From Eledone cirrhosa (taxonomy: Eukaryota): DNA of 64,000 nt. Location of the stretch: NCBI GenBank assembly GCA_964016885.1, contig OZ024763.1, positions 20,894,001 through 20,958,000 on the forward strand, given 5' to 3'. This document shows positions 38,886-51,830 of this stretch, piece after piece. Position 1 is the first letter of the stretch; each line of letters starts with the position of its first letter. Under the pieces are notes generated by a model that was not told the DNA's origin, made no database searches, and was given only the letters and a program-made list of their open reading frames with translations. Both the position numbers and the translations under genes were made by a program.

Positions 38886-40130
38886 GTGTCTCACTCTTTC
38901 TCTATCTCCATCCATCTCTCTCTGTGTCTCACTCTTTCTCTATCTCCATCCATCTCTCTCTCTCTGTCTCACTCTTTCTCTGTCTCCATCCATCTCTCTC
39001 TCTCTGTCTCACTCTTTCTCTGTCTCCATCCATCTCTCTCTCTCTGTCTCAATCCATCTCTCTCTCTCTGTCTCACTCTTTCTTTTTCTCTGTCTCCGTC
39101 TCCGTCTCTCTCTCTCTCTGTCTTTGACTTTCTCTCTCTCTCTGTCTGTGTGTATGTGTGTGTGTCTCACTCTTTCTCTGGCTTATATCTCTATCTGTCT
39201 CTCTCTCTGTCTTTCAGTCTTTTTCTCTGTTACATGTCTCTCTCTCTCTGGAGTGTCTATCTGTCTGTGTGTCTCTCTTTCTTTCTCTCTCTCTCTCTCT
39301 TCTCTGTTTCTGTCTTGTCCCTGTTTGTATCTGTCTCCCCCTCCCCCACCCCCTCTCTCTGTCTCTCCTAAACTGTCGTCTGCTTCTCCTTTACAATGTT
39401 TTTTTTTATAAGAAAAGGTGGGGGTGGGGTGGGGTTGGCAACATGGAAGAAGAGTTTATTTTGTTTAAAAAATGTTGTAAGAATATTTCTCATGTAAAAA
39501 AATGAAACTTTTAGCTACACATATTTAAACACAGATCAATAATAGTCTTAAAAAAATGAATAGAAAAAAGCAACAAGCAAAAAAATTAATGATTCTGGTT
39601 GTGTGTGTGTGTGTACTACTGTGTGTGTGCATGTATGTGTTTACGTACTACTATGTGTGCATATATATGTATGTGTTTGTGTATTACTGTTTGTGTGCAA
39701 GTGTGTTTACATACTACTGTGTGTGTGTGTGCTTATGTACTACTGTGTGTGTGCTTATGTACTACTGTGTGTGTGTATGTACTACTGTGTATGTGTTTAT
39801 GTACTACTGTGTGTGCTATGTACTACTGTGTATGTGTTTATGTACTACTGTGTGTGCTATGTACTACTGTGTATGTGTTTATGTACTACTGTGTGTGCTA
39901 TGTACTACTGTGTGTGTGTGTTTATGTACTACTGTGTGTGTGTGTTTATGTACTACTGTGTGTTTATGTGAATGTGAGTTTATATGAATCTGTTTGTGCG
40001 TGCTATGTACTACTGTGTGTGTGCTTATGTATTACTTTGTGTGTTTGTGTTTATGTATTATTGTGTTTTCATGTACTACTGTCTGTGTGTATGTGTGTTT
40101 ATGTACAACTACTACTATATATATATATAT
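38835..40130. repeat. (CT)-rich tract and tgtactactgtgtg minisatellite
   Basis: Direct inspection. Confidence 0.9.
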
Positions 40131-40979
40131 ATCATCATCATCATCATCATCAGGTTTAGCGTCCGTGTTCCACGCTTGCATGGGTTTGGACGGGAGTTTT
40201 CCCACTTGAGGCAAGAGTGGTTGTCTTGCTCGCATAGGACTGTCTGGCGGGTTTTCTACAGTTGGATGCCCTTCCTAACACCAACCACATTTATATATAT
40301 ATGTATGTATATGTCCTGTAATTTAGTGGCTAGACTGAAAGAGATTACCAAATTAAGTAACAGTCTTGGAGAAATAAATTCTGTGGTTAATATGACTGAC
40401 TAAATCTCTTCAAGATGGTGCCCCAACATGGCCACAGTTTAATGAAGGAAACAACCATCTTGCTCGGGGTCTACCCTTGGGTCTCCTGCTGGTTGGTTTT
40501 GCCCATAAAATCTGTCCAGTGATTCTTTCCTGAGACATTCTAACCACATATCCATAGAAACTGAGTTGGATTCCCAAGTGAAACCAGCCAAGCTCATGGA
40601 TATTATGCAACCGTCTTGCTTGAGGTTTACCCCTGGTCCCTCGTTGGTTGGTTTTGCCCATAAAAATCTGTCTACTAATTCTTTCCTGAGACATTCTAAC
40701 CATTGTGTCGGAGCTGTGATCTCTCAATGCGGAGAAGTAGCGGCTTTACCTGGAGTGACCTTCTGATCTCCGAGCTACGCACTCTATTGAGTAACTTTAG
40801 TTCCAAAACCCTTCAGAGGAACCCCATTTCAACCGCTTGTATTCTTTTGGTCCTCACCCAAGATTCCTGACCATAGGTAAGGGTTGGCACAAATACTGAA
40901 TTGAAGATAGGGAGTTTCGCTTTTACACCTACCTCTCTTTTTCTGATTACTGAATGTTGAAGCTGGCACATTACTGCAC

Positions 40980-41252
40980 ACACATACACACACACATATA
41001 TATACATACACACACACACGCATATATATATACATACATACACACACACACATATATATATATATGTATACATCACACACATAAATATATATATATATAT
41101 ATACATCACACACACATATATATATACATCATACACACACACACATATATATATGTATACATCACACACACATATATACACACACACATATATATATATA
41201 TATGTATACATCACACACACACATAATATATATATACATCACACACACCTAC

Positions 41253-41327
<75 letters not shown>

Positions 41328-41399
41328 CACACACACATACACACACACACATATATATATGTATTCATCACATGCACACACAAATATATATATATACAT

Positions 41400-41433
<34 letters not shown>

Positions 41434-41514
41434 CATCATTCACACACACACACACATATATATATATGTATACATCACACACACACAAATATATATATAT
41501 ATATACATCACACA

Positions 41515-41546
<32 letters not shown>

Positions 41547-41592
41547 TATATGTATACATCACATGCACACAAATAAATATATATACATGCAT

Positions 41593-41624
<32 letters not shown>

Positions 41625-41720
41625 GTATACATCACACGCACACACATAAATATATATATATATACATCACACACTCACACACATATATATATACATCATA
41701 CACACACATATACATATCTA
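40980..41720. repeat. Compound (CA)n/(TA)n microsatellite; similar tracts 12140-12550, 15655-15800, 18305-18590, 54090-54310
   Basis: Direct inspection. Confidence 0.9.
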
Positions 41721-42125
41721 AATGAATGAAAATAACCTGGTCTTGCGGTTTAATGGACATGTGTTGGTAAATATTTATGATACTTAATAGATTCTGAGGA
41801 GATTAACATAACAGGAATAAATATTCCTGTTATGTTAATTGAAACATTAATTAATCAGTTAAATGATTTAATTTAATTTAATCTTGGATATTTTTATTCA
41901 TTGAACTATGTATTGAACATTCAATACAGATTTTCTCCTGTTAAAGTTTGATATATCCTATTATACATTTATATCATTAGATATTTATGTATGTAAATAT
42001 ATTCACTATTTTGTAATGAGTAAATGGTCGGATTTATTCTTTGAATTTTTTCTTGGAGTTTATTTTGGGAGACAAGACACATGTTCAAGATTATCTCAAA
42101 CATGACATCTATAACTTAGAATGTA

Positions 42126-42188
<63 letters not shown>

Positions 42189-42315
42189 AAAGTTATATTT
42201 AAATTGTTGGGTTACAACTAGTAAATATTTATAACTGATATAAAAGCACTCGACAAGTATTTGGAGTATATTTACGATATTAAATAAATGGAAACTATAT
42301 TTATAAAACCATATT

Positions 42316-42381
42316 TATTTCATTATATATATTTCAGGGATATCATATTAACAATATGCTATGCCTTCCTCAGACAAAATA
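42316..42381 (-). ncRNA. Type I hammerhead ribozyme at the PLE 3' end
   Basis: TATTTTGT-CTGAGGA-[AGGCATAGCATATT GTT AATATGATATCCCT]-GAAA-TATATA-TA-ATGAAATA: intact core, long stem II, palindromic stem III loop, 8-bp stem I with two GU pairs. Confidence 0.8.
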
Positions 42382-43694
42382 CAATATAGACAGTTTTATA
42401 GATAAATAGATTTGACATACCGTTCAACATCGACTTGTATTTGAAAAGTTGATTTGGCAGTGAAAAAAATTGTAAACAGAAAGAAAGAAAGAGAAAAAAG
42501 GAAAGAAAGAAAAGAAAGAAAGAAAACGAAGAAAAAGAAGAAAAAGAAGAAATGCATGGAACAAAATAGAGAGATGGAAAGATAGATAAAGAGAAGAACT
42601 TCATGTAAAGAAACAGAGAGAGATATATATATAGAGAGGAAATAGATAGAGATAGATATATATAGAGAAAAGTAGGTAGTTCGACATCCGTTGAATAAAC
42701 GTATCAATGATACATTTATTTATTTATTTATTTATTTAGCTCTAGTATTAATGTAAGGGAGATATATGTGGTTAGGAGAGAAACCAGCTGTTATATAGAG
42801 AGAAAAATGAAAAGTAACCAGACATAGGCGAGGCATAAAAAACCCTATGTTTTAATGTAGAAGTATTATTATGTATAAAAACCAGGCACTATAATGTAAA
42901 TATCAGTATTCCTGAATGAGACACGTATCCATAATGTGTGAAAAGTAATGATCTTATGTTTAGTTTTAAAAATTCATATGTTTATATGATAACTACAAAC
43001 ATCGATGTGAATTTACGTGATCAACTCTGCAAACCCCAATTTTCCACGGAGAACATTCTCAATTGTGCTATAAAAATTTAAGTATACATATATGTGTATA
43101 TATATACACATATATAGAGTCTATATTACTACTATTCTTGTCTTTACTCTACATGATTATCTATCAAGCAGAAATAGAGAACAGATTTCAATATATTAAT
43201 AAAAAATATCAGAAACAAAAACCAAAAAAAAAATAATAATAATAATAATAATAAATAATAATAAAATAGAAAACTAAAAAATATATTACGAAAAAAAATA
43301 TTACATATTAAAAATAAAAATATTAGAAAATACTACAATAATAAAAATAAACCACAAAGATCAACCCTTCAAAATTAATTGACAATATATTGCCAAGTTC
43401 ATTATAAGCATCAGAGTCGAAAACAGATAAAGCTAAAAATTATTTATCAAATCGCGTCTAGCAAAAATCATTTCAAAAAATTTAGGATGCCCATTTGGTC
43501 TACATGTGTTCTTATATTTAATATAGAAGTTTATCTAGTGTAACGTTTATTCGAAATATTTGGAGCATCAACTTTTAGGGTAGTTTAATTTTTCATGAAG
43601 AATGTTTAAATAAAAATAAAAAGAAGAATAAAAAGAAGAAATCGAAAGATTTATCGGCTAGTTTCCCAAATAATTATAAAACAAACTAAATATA

Positions 43695-44345
43695 CTACAT
43701 TTTAAATTTAAATTTATATTTAAAAGTTGAATTTAATCTATGTTTGCAGCAACTGAATAAATTTGTCCGTAGATTAAGGGAATTTTTAGATTTTAGTATA
43801 AAGAATATCTCCTCTGCGCAGAGGTCACATGTCTCAGAGGATGAATTAAAAGGAATCCCTCTTGAGACTATATTCCAAGCCGTCGAATATCTAACGTTAT
43901 CTAGCTTAAGTTGCCAGAGTACGCCTGATAGTGCTGTTGAAGATTTTTTGCTTGGATCTGTGAAAGAATTCTTGTGGTTATTATAGCGAAGTTTAAATTC
44001 CGTCGATGTGGAACCGACGTAGTTAAAAGAATTAGAGTCAGTTTTAACATTACAATTGTATATTATATTTTTAACTAAGCAGTTGTTATTTAACGGACAT
44101 TTAGATCTATCTCTACAGTTACATTTGTTAACTTGTATATTATTTATGCTATTATCACTAGGTTTTAAGTTCCTATTATTTATTCTATTAATATTTTGTG
44201 CTAAATTTTTGGTGGATGAGTAGGTTAATTTTATAGTATGTCTATTGAAAATTGAGTGATACCTATGTGTTCTAGGGAAGCGATTATCAAGAGCTTTAAA
44301 AAATAGTTTAGCGATGTGGGTTTTAATGTTTAGTTTGTCTATCAT
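43695..44345 (-). pseudogene. Inverted copy of the PLE GIY-YIG region
   Basis: Protein identical to the + copy from LNIKTH to FKM*; its apparent Met start is created by the 136-bp deletion junction. Confidence 0.88.
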
Positions 44346-44350
44346 TATCT

Positions 44351-45168
44351 ATGTATAGTGATAAGATTATGTACATAGATAATGATAGACAAACTAAACA
44401 AAATAACAACTATTTTAATTACGGCAACAACCTTAACAACTATAATAGAAAGCATTACAATAATTCCAAAAGCCAAAAAAGAAATAGAACTAGGAACATA
44501 ATTTGGTTTGCCCCCCCCCCCCTTTCTCACTAAACATTAAAACCCACATCGCTAAACTATTTTTTAAAGCTCTTGATAATCGCTTCCCTAGAACACATAG
44601 GTATCACTCAATTTTCAATAGACATACTATAAAATTAACCTACTCATCCACCAAAAATTTAGCACAAAATATTAATAGAATAAATAATAGGAACTTAAAA
44701 CCTAGTGATAATAGCATAAATAATATACAAGTTAACAAATGTAACTGTAGAGATAGATCTAAATGTCCGTTAAATAACAACTGCTTAGTTAAAAATATAA
44801 TATACAATTGTAATGTTAAAACTGACTCTAATTCTTTTAACTACGTCGGTTCCACATCGACGGAATTTAAACTTCGCTATAATAACCACAAGAATTCTTT
44901 CACAGATCCAAGCAAAAAATCTTCAACAGCACTATCAGGCGTACTCTGGCAACTTAAGCTAGATAACGTTAGATATTCGACGGCTTGGAATATAGTCTCA
45001 AGAGGGATTCCTTTTAATTCATCCTCTGAGACATGTGACCTCTGCGCAGAGGAGATATTCTTTATACTAAAATCTAAAAATTCCCTTAATCTACGGACAA
45101 ATTTATTCAGTTGCTGCAAACATAGATTAAACTCAACTTTTAAATATAAATTTAAATTTAAAATGTAG
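44351..45168 (+). pseudogene. PLE linker plus GIY-YIG endonuclease, 5'-truncated (no RT); +1 frameshift at the C12 run 44511-44522
   Basis: RNIIWFAPP/FSLNIKTHIAKLF...FNRHTIKLTYS, CNC....CPL...C, NIIY..YVGST..FKLRYNNH, CDLC.EE, LN.R...CKH. Confidence 0.88.
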
Positions 45169-47159
45169 TATATTTAGTTTGTTTTATAATTATTTGGGAA
45201 ACTAGCCGATAAATCTTTCGATTTCTTCTTTTTATTCTTCTTTTTATTTTTATTTTTATTTAAACATTCTTCATGAAAAATTAAACTACCCTAAAAGTTG
45301 ATGCTCCAAATATTTCGAATAAACGTTACACTAGATAAACTTCTATATTAAATATAAGAACACGTGTAGACCAAATGGGCATCCTAAACTTTTTGAAATG
45401 ATTTTTGCTAGACGCGATTTGATAAATAATTTTTAGCTTTATCTGTTTTCGACTCTGATGCTTATAATGAACTTGGCAATATATTGTCAATTAATTTTGA
45501 AGGGTTGATCTTTGTGGTTTATTTTTATTATTGTAGTATTTTCTAATATTTTTATTTTTAATATGTAATATTTTTTTTCGTAATATATTTTTTAGTTTTC
45601 TATTTTATTATTATTTATTATTATTATTATTATTATTTTTTTGGTTTTTGTTTCTGATATTTTTTATTAATATATTGAAATCTGTTCTCTATTTCTGCTT
45701 GATAGATAATCATGTAGAGTAAAGACAAGAATAGTAGTAATATAGACTCTATATATGTGTATATATATACACATATATGTATACTTAAATTTTTATAGCA
45801 CAATTGAGAATGTTCTCCGTGGAAAATTGGGGTTTGCAGAGTTGATCACGTAAATTCACATCGATGTTTGTAGTTATCATATAAACATATGAATTTTTAA
45901 AACTAAACATAAGATCATTACTTTTCACACATTATGGATACGTGTCTCATTCAGGAATACTGATATTTACATTATAGTGCCTGGTTTTTATACATAATAA
46001 TACTTCTACATTAAAACATAGGGTTTTTTATGCCTCGCCTATGTCTGGTTACTTTTCATTTTTCTCTCTATATAACAGCTGGTTTCTCTCCTAACCACAT
46101 ATATCTCCCTTACATTAATACTAGAGCTAAATAAATAAATAAATAAATAAATGTATCATTGATACGTTTATTCAACGGATGTCCAACTACCTACTTTTCT
46201 CTATATATATCTATCTCTATCTATTTCCTCTCTCTATATATATCTCTCTCTGTTTCTTTACATGAAGTTCTTCTCTTTATCTATCTTTCCCTCTCTCTAT
46301 TTTGTTCCATGCATTTCTTCTTTTTCTTCTTTTTCTTCGTTTTCTTTCTTTCTTTTCTTTCTTTCCTTTTTTCTCTCTTTCTTTCTTTCTGTTTACAATT
46401 TTTTTCACTGCCAAATCAACTTTTCAAATATAAGTCGATGTTGAACGGTATGTCAAATCTATTTATCTATAAAACTGTCTATATTGTATTTTGTCTGAGG
46501 AAGGCATAGCATATGTGTTAAGAACTCAATTGAAATTAAAAAAATAAATATATGCATGTATAAATTACACACGCATATAGATATTTTCTTAGGCTAAAAA
46601 CAGAGGTTGTACCTGAATAAGAAACCGCATCTCGTAACCGTAGTAAATACGGAAAGTTATACTTTAAAGGGCAAATGGGAATGTAAATCTCCGGCCGAAT
46701 TAAGAGTAAAATATAAAACACACGCGGGTTAATTAGTTATTTCAAAACTAATATCATTTCCTCGTGTAAAGAACTCAATTAATTTAAAAAAATAAATGTA
46801 TGCATGTAATTATATACATAGGCATATATATATTTTCTTAGGCTAAAAAACAGAGAAGTTACAACCAATAAAAACCACAATCTCGCACAACAGTAATAAA
46901 TACGGAAAGTCAAATTTATAAGGTACCTGGAAATAAACACCTCTGGCCAATCTAGTATAGTAATAATAATAAATTTGAAGACTAAAATCCAAAAATGGCT
47001 CGATAAGGATAAATATATATCAAATATATAAGAACTGTAGAGCAAATATTTATTAAAATAACAGATTAAAGTTTAAGCAAAGAATCGCTGCTTTCACCCT
47101 TTCAGAAGATCCCGTTAAGGGTGAAAGCAGCGATTCTTTGCATAAACTTTAATCTGTTA

Positions 47160-47221
<62 letters not shown>

Positions 47222-47385
47222 ATATGGAAAGCGAAGTATCAGTGATGCATCGGAACACAATTTATTACGTATTACAATTGTTTCTCCGGCGAACAGCTTG
47301 AGGTGTGATCTGTTTGTGGATAGAACCTGACTCCGGATTTGCAAGTTCCTCAGATACGTCTAGTGGTTTCGAAGCAAATTCTCTT

Positions 47386-47427
<42 letters not shown>

Positions 47428-47459
47428 AAAATGTGTGAAATCCTTGGTACAGTTAGATA

Positions 47460-47811
47460 TATTTAAAAAAAGGAAAAGAATGACTTCACTTGTAGTTCTC
47501 AACAATTTAATTTAATTTTATAATATTATAATTTTACAATTTGGTTTGGTAGATCTAGTAAGTTCTTTGTTAACTTTAGTGGGAAGATTTTTAAAAAGAA
47601 TCTTGGTTAACTTTCCTGGAGAACTCTGTTTGACAATCACCACCGGCGAATGCAAGAAAGTTCCCCATGAAAGTTAACCAAGAATCTTTTAAAAAATCTC
47701 CCCCCTGAAGTTAACAAAGAACTTACTAGATCTACCAAACCAAATTGTAAAATGATAATAGTATAAAATTAAATTGTTTAGAACTACAAGTTAAGTCATT
47801 CTTTTCCTTTT

Positions 47812-47815
<4 letters not shown>
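47460..47815. repeat. Inverted repeat (~155-bp arms, ~45-bp loop) between (TA)n tracts
   Basis: aggaaaagaatgactt...ttggttaactttc and gaaagttaaccaag...aagtcattcttttcct are reverse complements. Confidence 0.85.
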
Positions 47816-47848
<33 letters not shown>

Positions 47849-48998
47849 TTTTGGTGTGTAACATTCAGTTACTATTGGTCCACCAGTTAGTGCAGGCAAT
47901 GCCATTATGGGTCTGGTTGCAAGATTTCACAGCTCCAGCATCACTCCTTCATAGTTATCCTATGAACTTTTCAGCTGACCCTTGTATTTATGATATTGCT
48001 ACTCCCTTAGTTAATTAAATATGTGTTTAGTTTTGAGTCTTTTGTGAGCTATTTCTAGCATTCCTCTTGGCCTCTAGCTTATTAACATTATACTGACTCT
48101 ATTTTTTAAAGCTAAAAGCACATGAATTTTATGATATAAGCATGTCCTTTTGACTTAAAGATTAGTTGCTGTCTAGACGTTTGCTCTCAACACAAGACAA
48201 TTTATTTGAATTTTCTTGAAAAAGCTTAAAGTATTTGTAAGACTTATATGAGTAATGCCTGTCTTAATTTACTAATTAACCATTTTAATTATGGTAATTG
48301 GTATTTTTCTTGGTTATACAAAACTGCAGTCAAAGCAGTCATGTTTTTCTTTTAAATCTACTCTTTGCTTACAATGCTAAGTTTTCATATAGTATATATT
48401 ATTATACCTAAATATAACCTGTATAAACTAAACTCTGTAAATATTGGTTTTAACCCATATAGGCATTGAGATATTTATGGTCTAATATGATTGATATAAT
48501 CTTATTTTGATCTATATTTATGATATATTAGGTATTAATTACCTATATATATATATCTATATATATTAGGTATTAATTTAACAATGAAAATAATAACAAC
48601 GAAGTCGAGTAATTTTACCTACTGAAATATATATATATATACAATATATATATAATATATATATATATATATCAAGCAGGGAAAAACGGACGTAAAATGA
48701 TGATGATGATATATATATATTTATATATATATTTATATATATATATATGGGTATGTGTGTGTCCATTTTTCCTGGTAAATGATGATTATATCTATAACTG
48801 TCTATTTATCTGTCTGTCTATCTATCTATATGCCTGTATATATACACACACACTACTGCACAAACATGTATATAGTTGAGCTGTTTTGCTACAGTGTAAT
48901 TTCAACTTCAATTTTACTGTCAGGAGGCTAAAATGTTATGAGATATTAAAAATATGCAAGCTACATATTTCCTGAGTTAAAATTTCTTTTTCTTGTCA

Positions 48999-49042
<44 letters not shown>

Positions 49043-49195
49043 GTGTGTGTGTGTGTGAATGTCTGTATACATGTGTGTGTGTGTGTTTCTGTATATATAC
49101 ATGTATGTATGTATGTACATATGTGTGTGTATGTATAATGTGTATATATGTATATATATATGTGTAAATGTATGTATATATATATATATATATAT

Positions 49196-50041
49196 ACATT
49201 ATGAAGAGAGAAGAAACATTTAGATATAATTAGTAATAAAATGTATCATACCTAAACTGCTCCTAGATTCCTCGACTACGTAGTTTCGTGGCATAAACAA
49301 AAACAATACATCATAAAGATATAGAGTCTTTGCGAGGTCTGCCGACTTATCAAGAGGATACCTCGTTTTACTAGCTTCAAGAACGCGTCTACATGACGTG
49401 AGAAAGAATCCCAAAAGGCGGAGGGGGAGATAGTCACGCGATATAACGGTCGAGAAACAGAGCTAAGCCTCTTATAACCCCGAAGAAAATACCACGGAGG
49501 CGGAGCGGGTATTTATATCGAAGCCGTAGAAGAGGTGGTGAAGGGGGCGAGAAGTATGAGTAATGGTAGCTTTCCAGCAGTCACCACACTTCAAAGATTA
49601 CTCGACCAGAGGGAGTTATGAACAATATATTTAGAAACACACAGATACATGCGGACACACACATATACATGAATGCATCCACACCCAACCGTGAGTTAAT
49701 GGTGCCAACCTTACCGATGTTGCTCAATCAATGACTGGGACAGACCAATCCGGTTGAATTAGACTGAACCAGTATCAGAGTTAAAAATACATTATGAAGA
49801 GAGAAGAAACATTTAGATATAATTAGTAATAATTACTAATTATATCTAAATGTTTCTTCTCTCTTCATAATGTATTTTTAACTCTGATACTGGTTCAGTC
49901 TAATTCAACCGGATTGGTCTGTCCCAGTCATTCATTGAGCAACATCGGTAAGGTTGGCACCATTAACTCACGGTTGGGTGTGGATGCATTCATGTATATG
50001 TGTGTCCCCGCATGTATCTGTGTGTTTCTAAATATATTGTT
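49196..50041 (-). mobile_element. Non-coding PLE-like/retrozyme-like unit with ~45-bp terminal direct repeat, hammerhead variant and 210-bp fold-back
   Basis: Direct repeat 49196-49241 = 49789-49832; palindrome 49621-50041 centred at 49831; TA-rich microsatellite flanks. Confidence 0.65.
49269..49358 (-). ncRNA. Hammerhead variant with degenerate core
   Basis: TCCTC-TTGATAA-GTCGGCA...TGCCAC-GAAA-CTACGTAG-TC-GAGGA: stem I and palindromic stem III are perfect, core differs from CTGATGA at 2 positions. Confidence 0.55.
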
Positions 50042-50064
50042 ATATATATATATATGTATATATA

Positions 50065-50820
50065 ATGGAAAAATTTGAACAGGGACAAAACAGAGAGGCA
50101 GTACAATAAATGTTTATTAATTTCACGCTCAGGAGAGTGGGGGGTCAGTGGGGGACGACGTTTTGGGCATAAGCCCTTCCTCAGGTGAGAAGTGTGTGGG
50201 AACAGAGTTCAAAAGGTGTGTAGGGGAGTGGTGGAGAGACATATAGCGAAAGGAAACGGTACGAATGAAAAAAAAACAAATAAAGATAAAAAATAAAAAT
50301 AAAGCATGATCAAAATACAAGGAATGAGAAAATTTAAAAATAAAGGCATGGTCAAAATAAACTGAAATTAAAAGGGGGGTAAACAGGTGGTGGAAGGGTG
50401 GGGGGTGAGTAGGGGTGGTGGCGGGTGGAGTGGGGAGAGGGAGACGGGGTGTCCGAGCGGAGAGGGCTGAAGGTGGTGTGTGTGTGTAGGTGTGCGTGTG
50501 TGTGTGTGTATGTGAAAGTAAGGGTTGGGGGAAAAACGGGGTTGCATGTTCAGGAAGGGGTGTGTGTTGGGGGTGTTTTTGTGGGTCGGAGTGTCTGTGC
50601 GTGTGTAGATAGGGGGTGGGGGGAGAGGAATCAGGAGGCTGAGGGTGTAAATATGTGGTGGGAAGCACGTGTGTGTGGGGTTTAAGCGTGTTGTGGGTGT
50701 GGGTGGCGTGTGGAGAAAAAAAATTTTTGGGGGTGTGTGTGCGGGTGAGTTATATAGGTGATTACGTAAGAGGATGGTTGAAAAGTTGGTAAGTTCCAAG
50801 GATGTTAGTAGATTGTTTGT
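50065..50820 (-). mobile_element. Probable PLE 3' end with decayed hammerhead (50155-50186); similar motif at 11937-11972(+)
   Basis: CTGAGGA-A-GGGC ttat GCCC-AAAA-CG-TC then AATAAA; at 11941 CCGATGA-A-GGAC aaac GTCT-GAAA-CG-TC. Confidence 0.45.
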
Positions 50821-50825
50821 AAGTC

Positions 50826-51022
50826 ATATACATATGTATATATATATGTATATATATATGTATATACATATGTATATATGTATATATATATGTATATATA
50901 TACATATGTATATATATATATGTATATATATACATATGTATATATATATGTATATATATACATATGTATATATATATGTATATATATACATATGTATATA
51001 TATATGTATATATATACATATG

Positions 51023-51054
<32 letters not shown>

Positions 51055-51830
51055 CATATGTATATATATGTATATATATATATGTATATATATATATGTA
51101 TATGTATATATATATACATATATATATATATACATATATATATACATATGTATATATATACATATATATATACATATGTATATATATACATATGTATATA
51201 TATACATATATATATATATATACATATATATATACATACATTTACACATATATATATACATATATATATATATGTATATATATATGTATATATATATACA
51301 TATGTATATATATGTATATATATACATATGTATATATATGTATATATATATGTATATATATACATATGTATATATATATGTATATATATACACATGTATA
51401 TATATATGTATATATATATATGTATATATATATATGTATATATATATACGTATATATATATATGTATATATATATATGTATATATATACATATGTATATA
51501 TATACATATGTATATATATATACATATGTATTTTTATATACATATGTATATATATACATATGTATATATATATGTATATATATGTGTGTATATATGTATA
51601 TATATATATGTGTGTATATATGTATATATATATGTGTATGTATATATATATATGTGTGTATGCATGTATATATATGTGTGTATGTATGTATATATATATA
51701 TGTGTGTGTATGTATGTATATATATATGTGTGTGTATGTATGTATATGTATGTGTGTATGTATGTATATATATATATGTGTATATATATATATATACACA
51801 CACACACGCATATATATATATATTATATAT
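50826..51830. repeat. ~1-kb (TA)n/TACATATG compound microsatellite
   Basis: Direct inspection; source of the long YI/MY pseudo-ORFs. Confidence 0.95.

Larger units (their letters stand above)
42187..46514. mobile_element. Penelope-like element (Naiad/Chlamys-type) 3' portion in a head-to-head inverted duplication
   Basis: Arms 42354-44355 and 44372-46514 are reverse complements; both encode the same GIY-YIG peptide; the left arm extends through a hammerhead to a (TA)n tract. Confidence 0.9.

Noticed and set aside
42905-42950. CTGAATGAGACAC...GTGTGAAA hammerhead-like motif (mirror ~45920-45960)
   Set aside because: Extra core base, no UH or stem I, and antisense to the PLE ORF
44511-44522. 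Programmed frameshift at the poly-C run
   Set aside because: A 12-C homopolymer is more simply a slippage mutation or sequencing error; 11 or 8 Cs restores WFAPP(P)FS
44351-46514. Selenoprotein/SECIS features reported for some Naiad PLEs
   Set aside because: No in-frame TGA in the surviving GIY-YIG region and no convincing SECIS stem by eye; a SECIS search would be needed to exclude it fully
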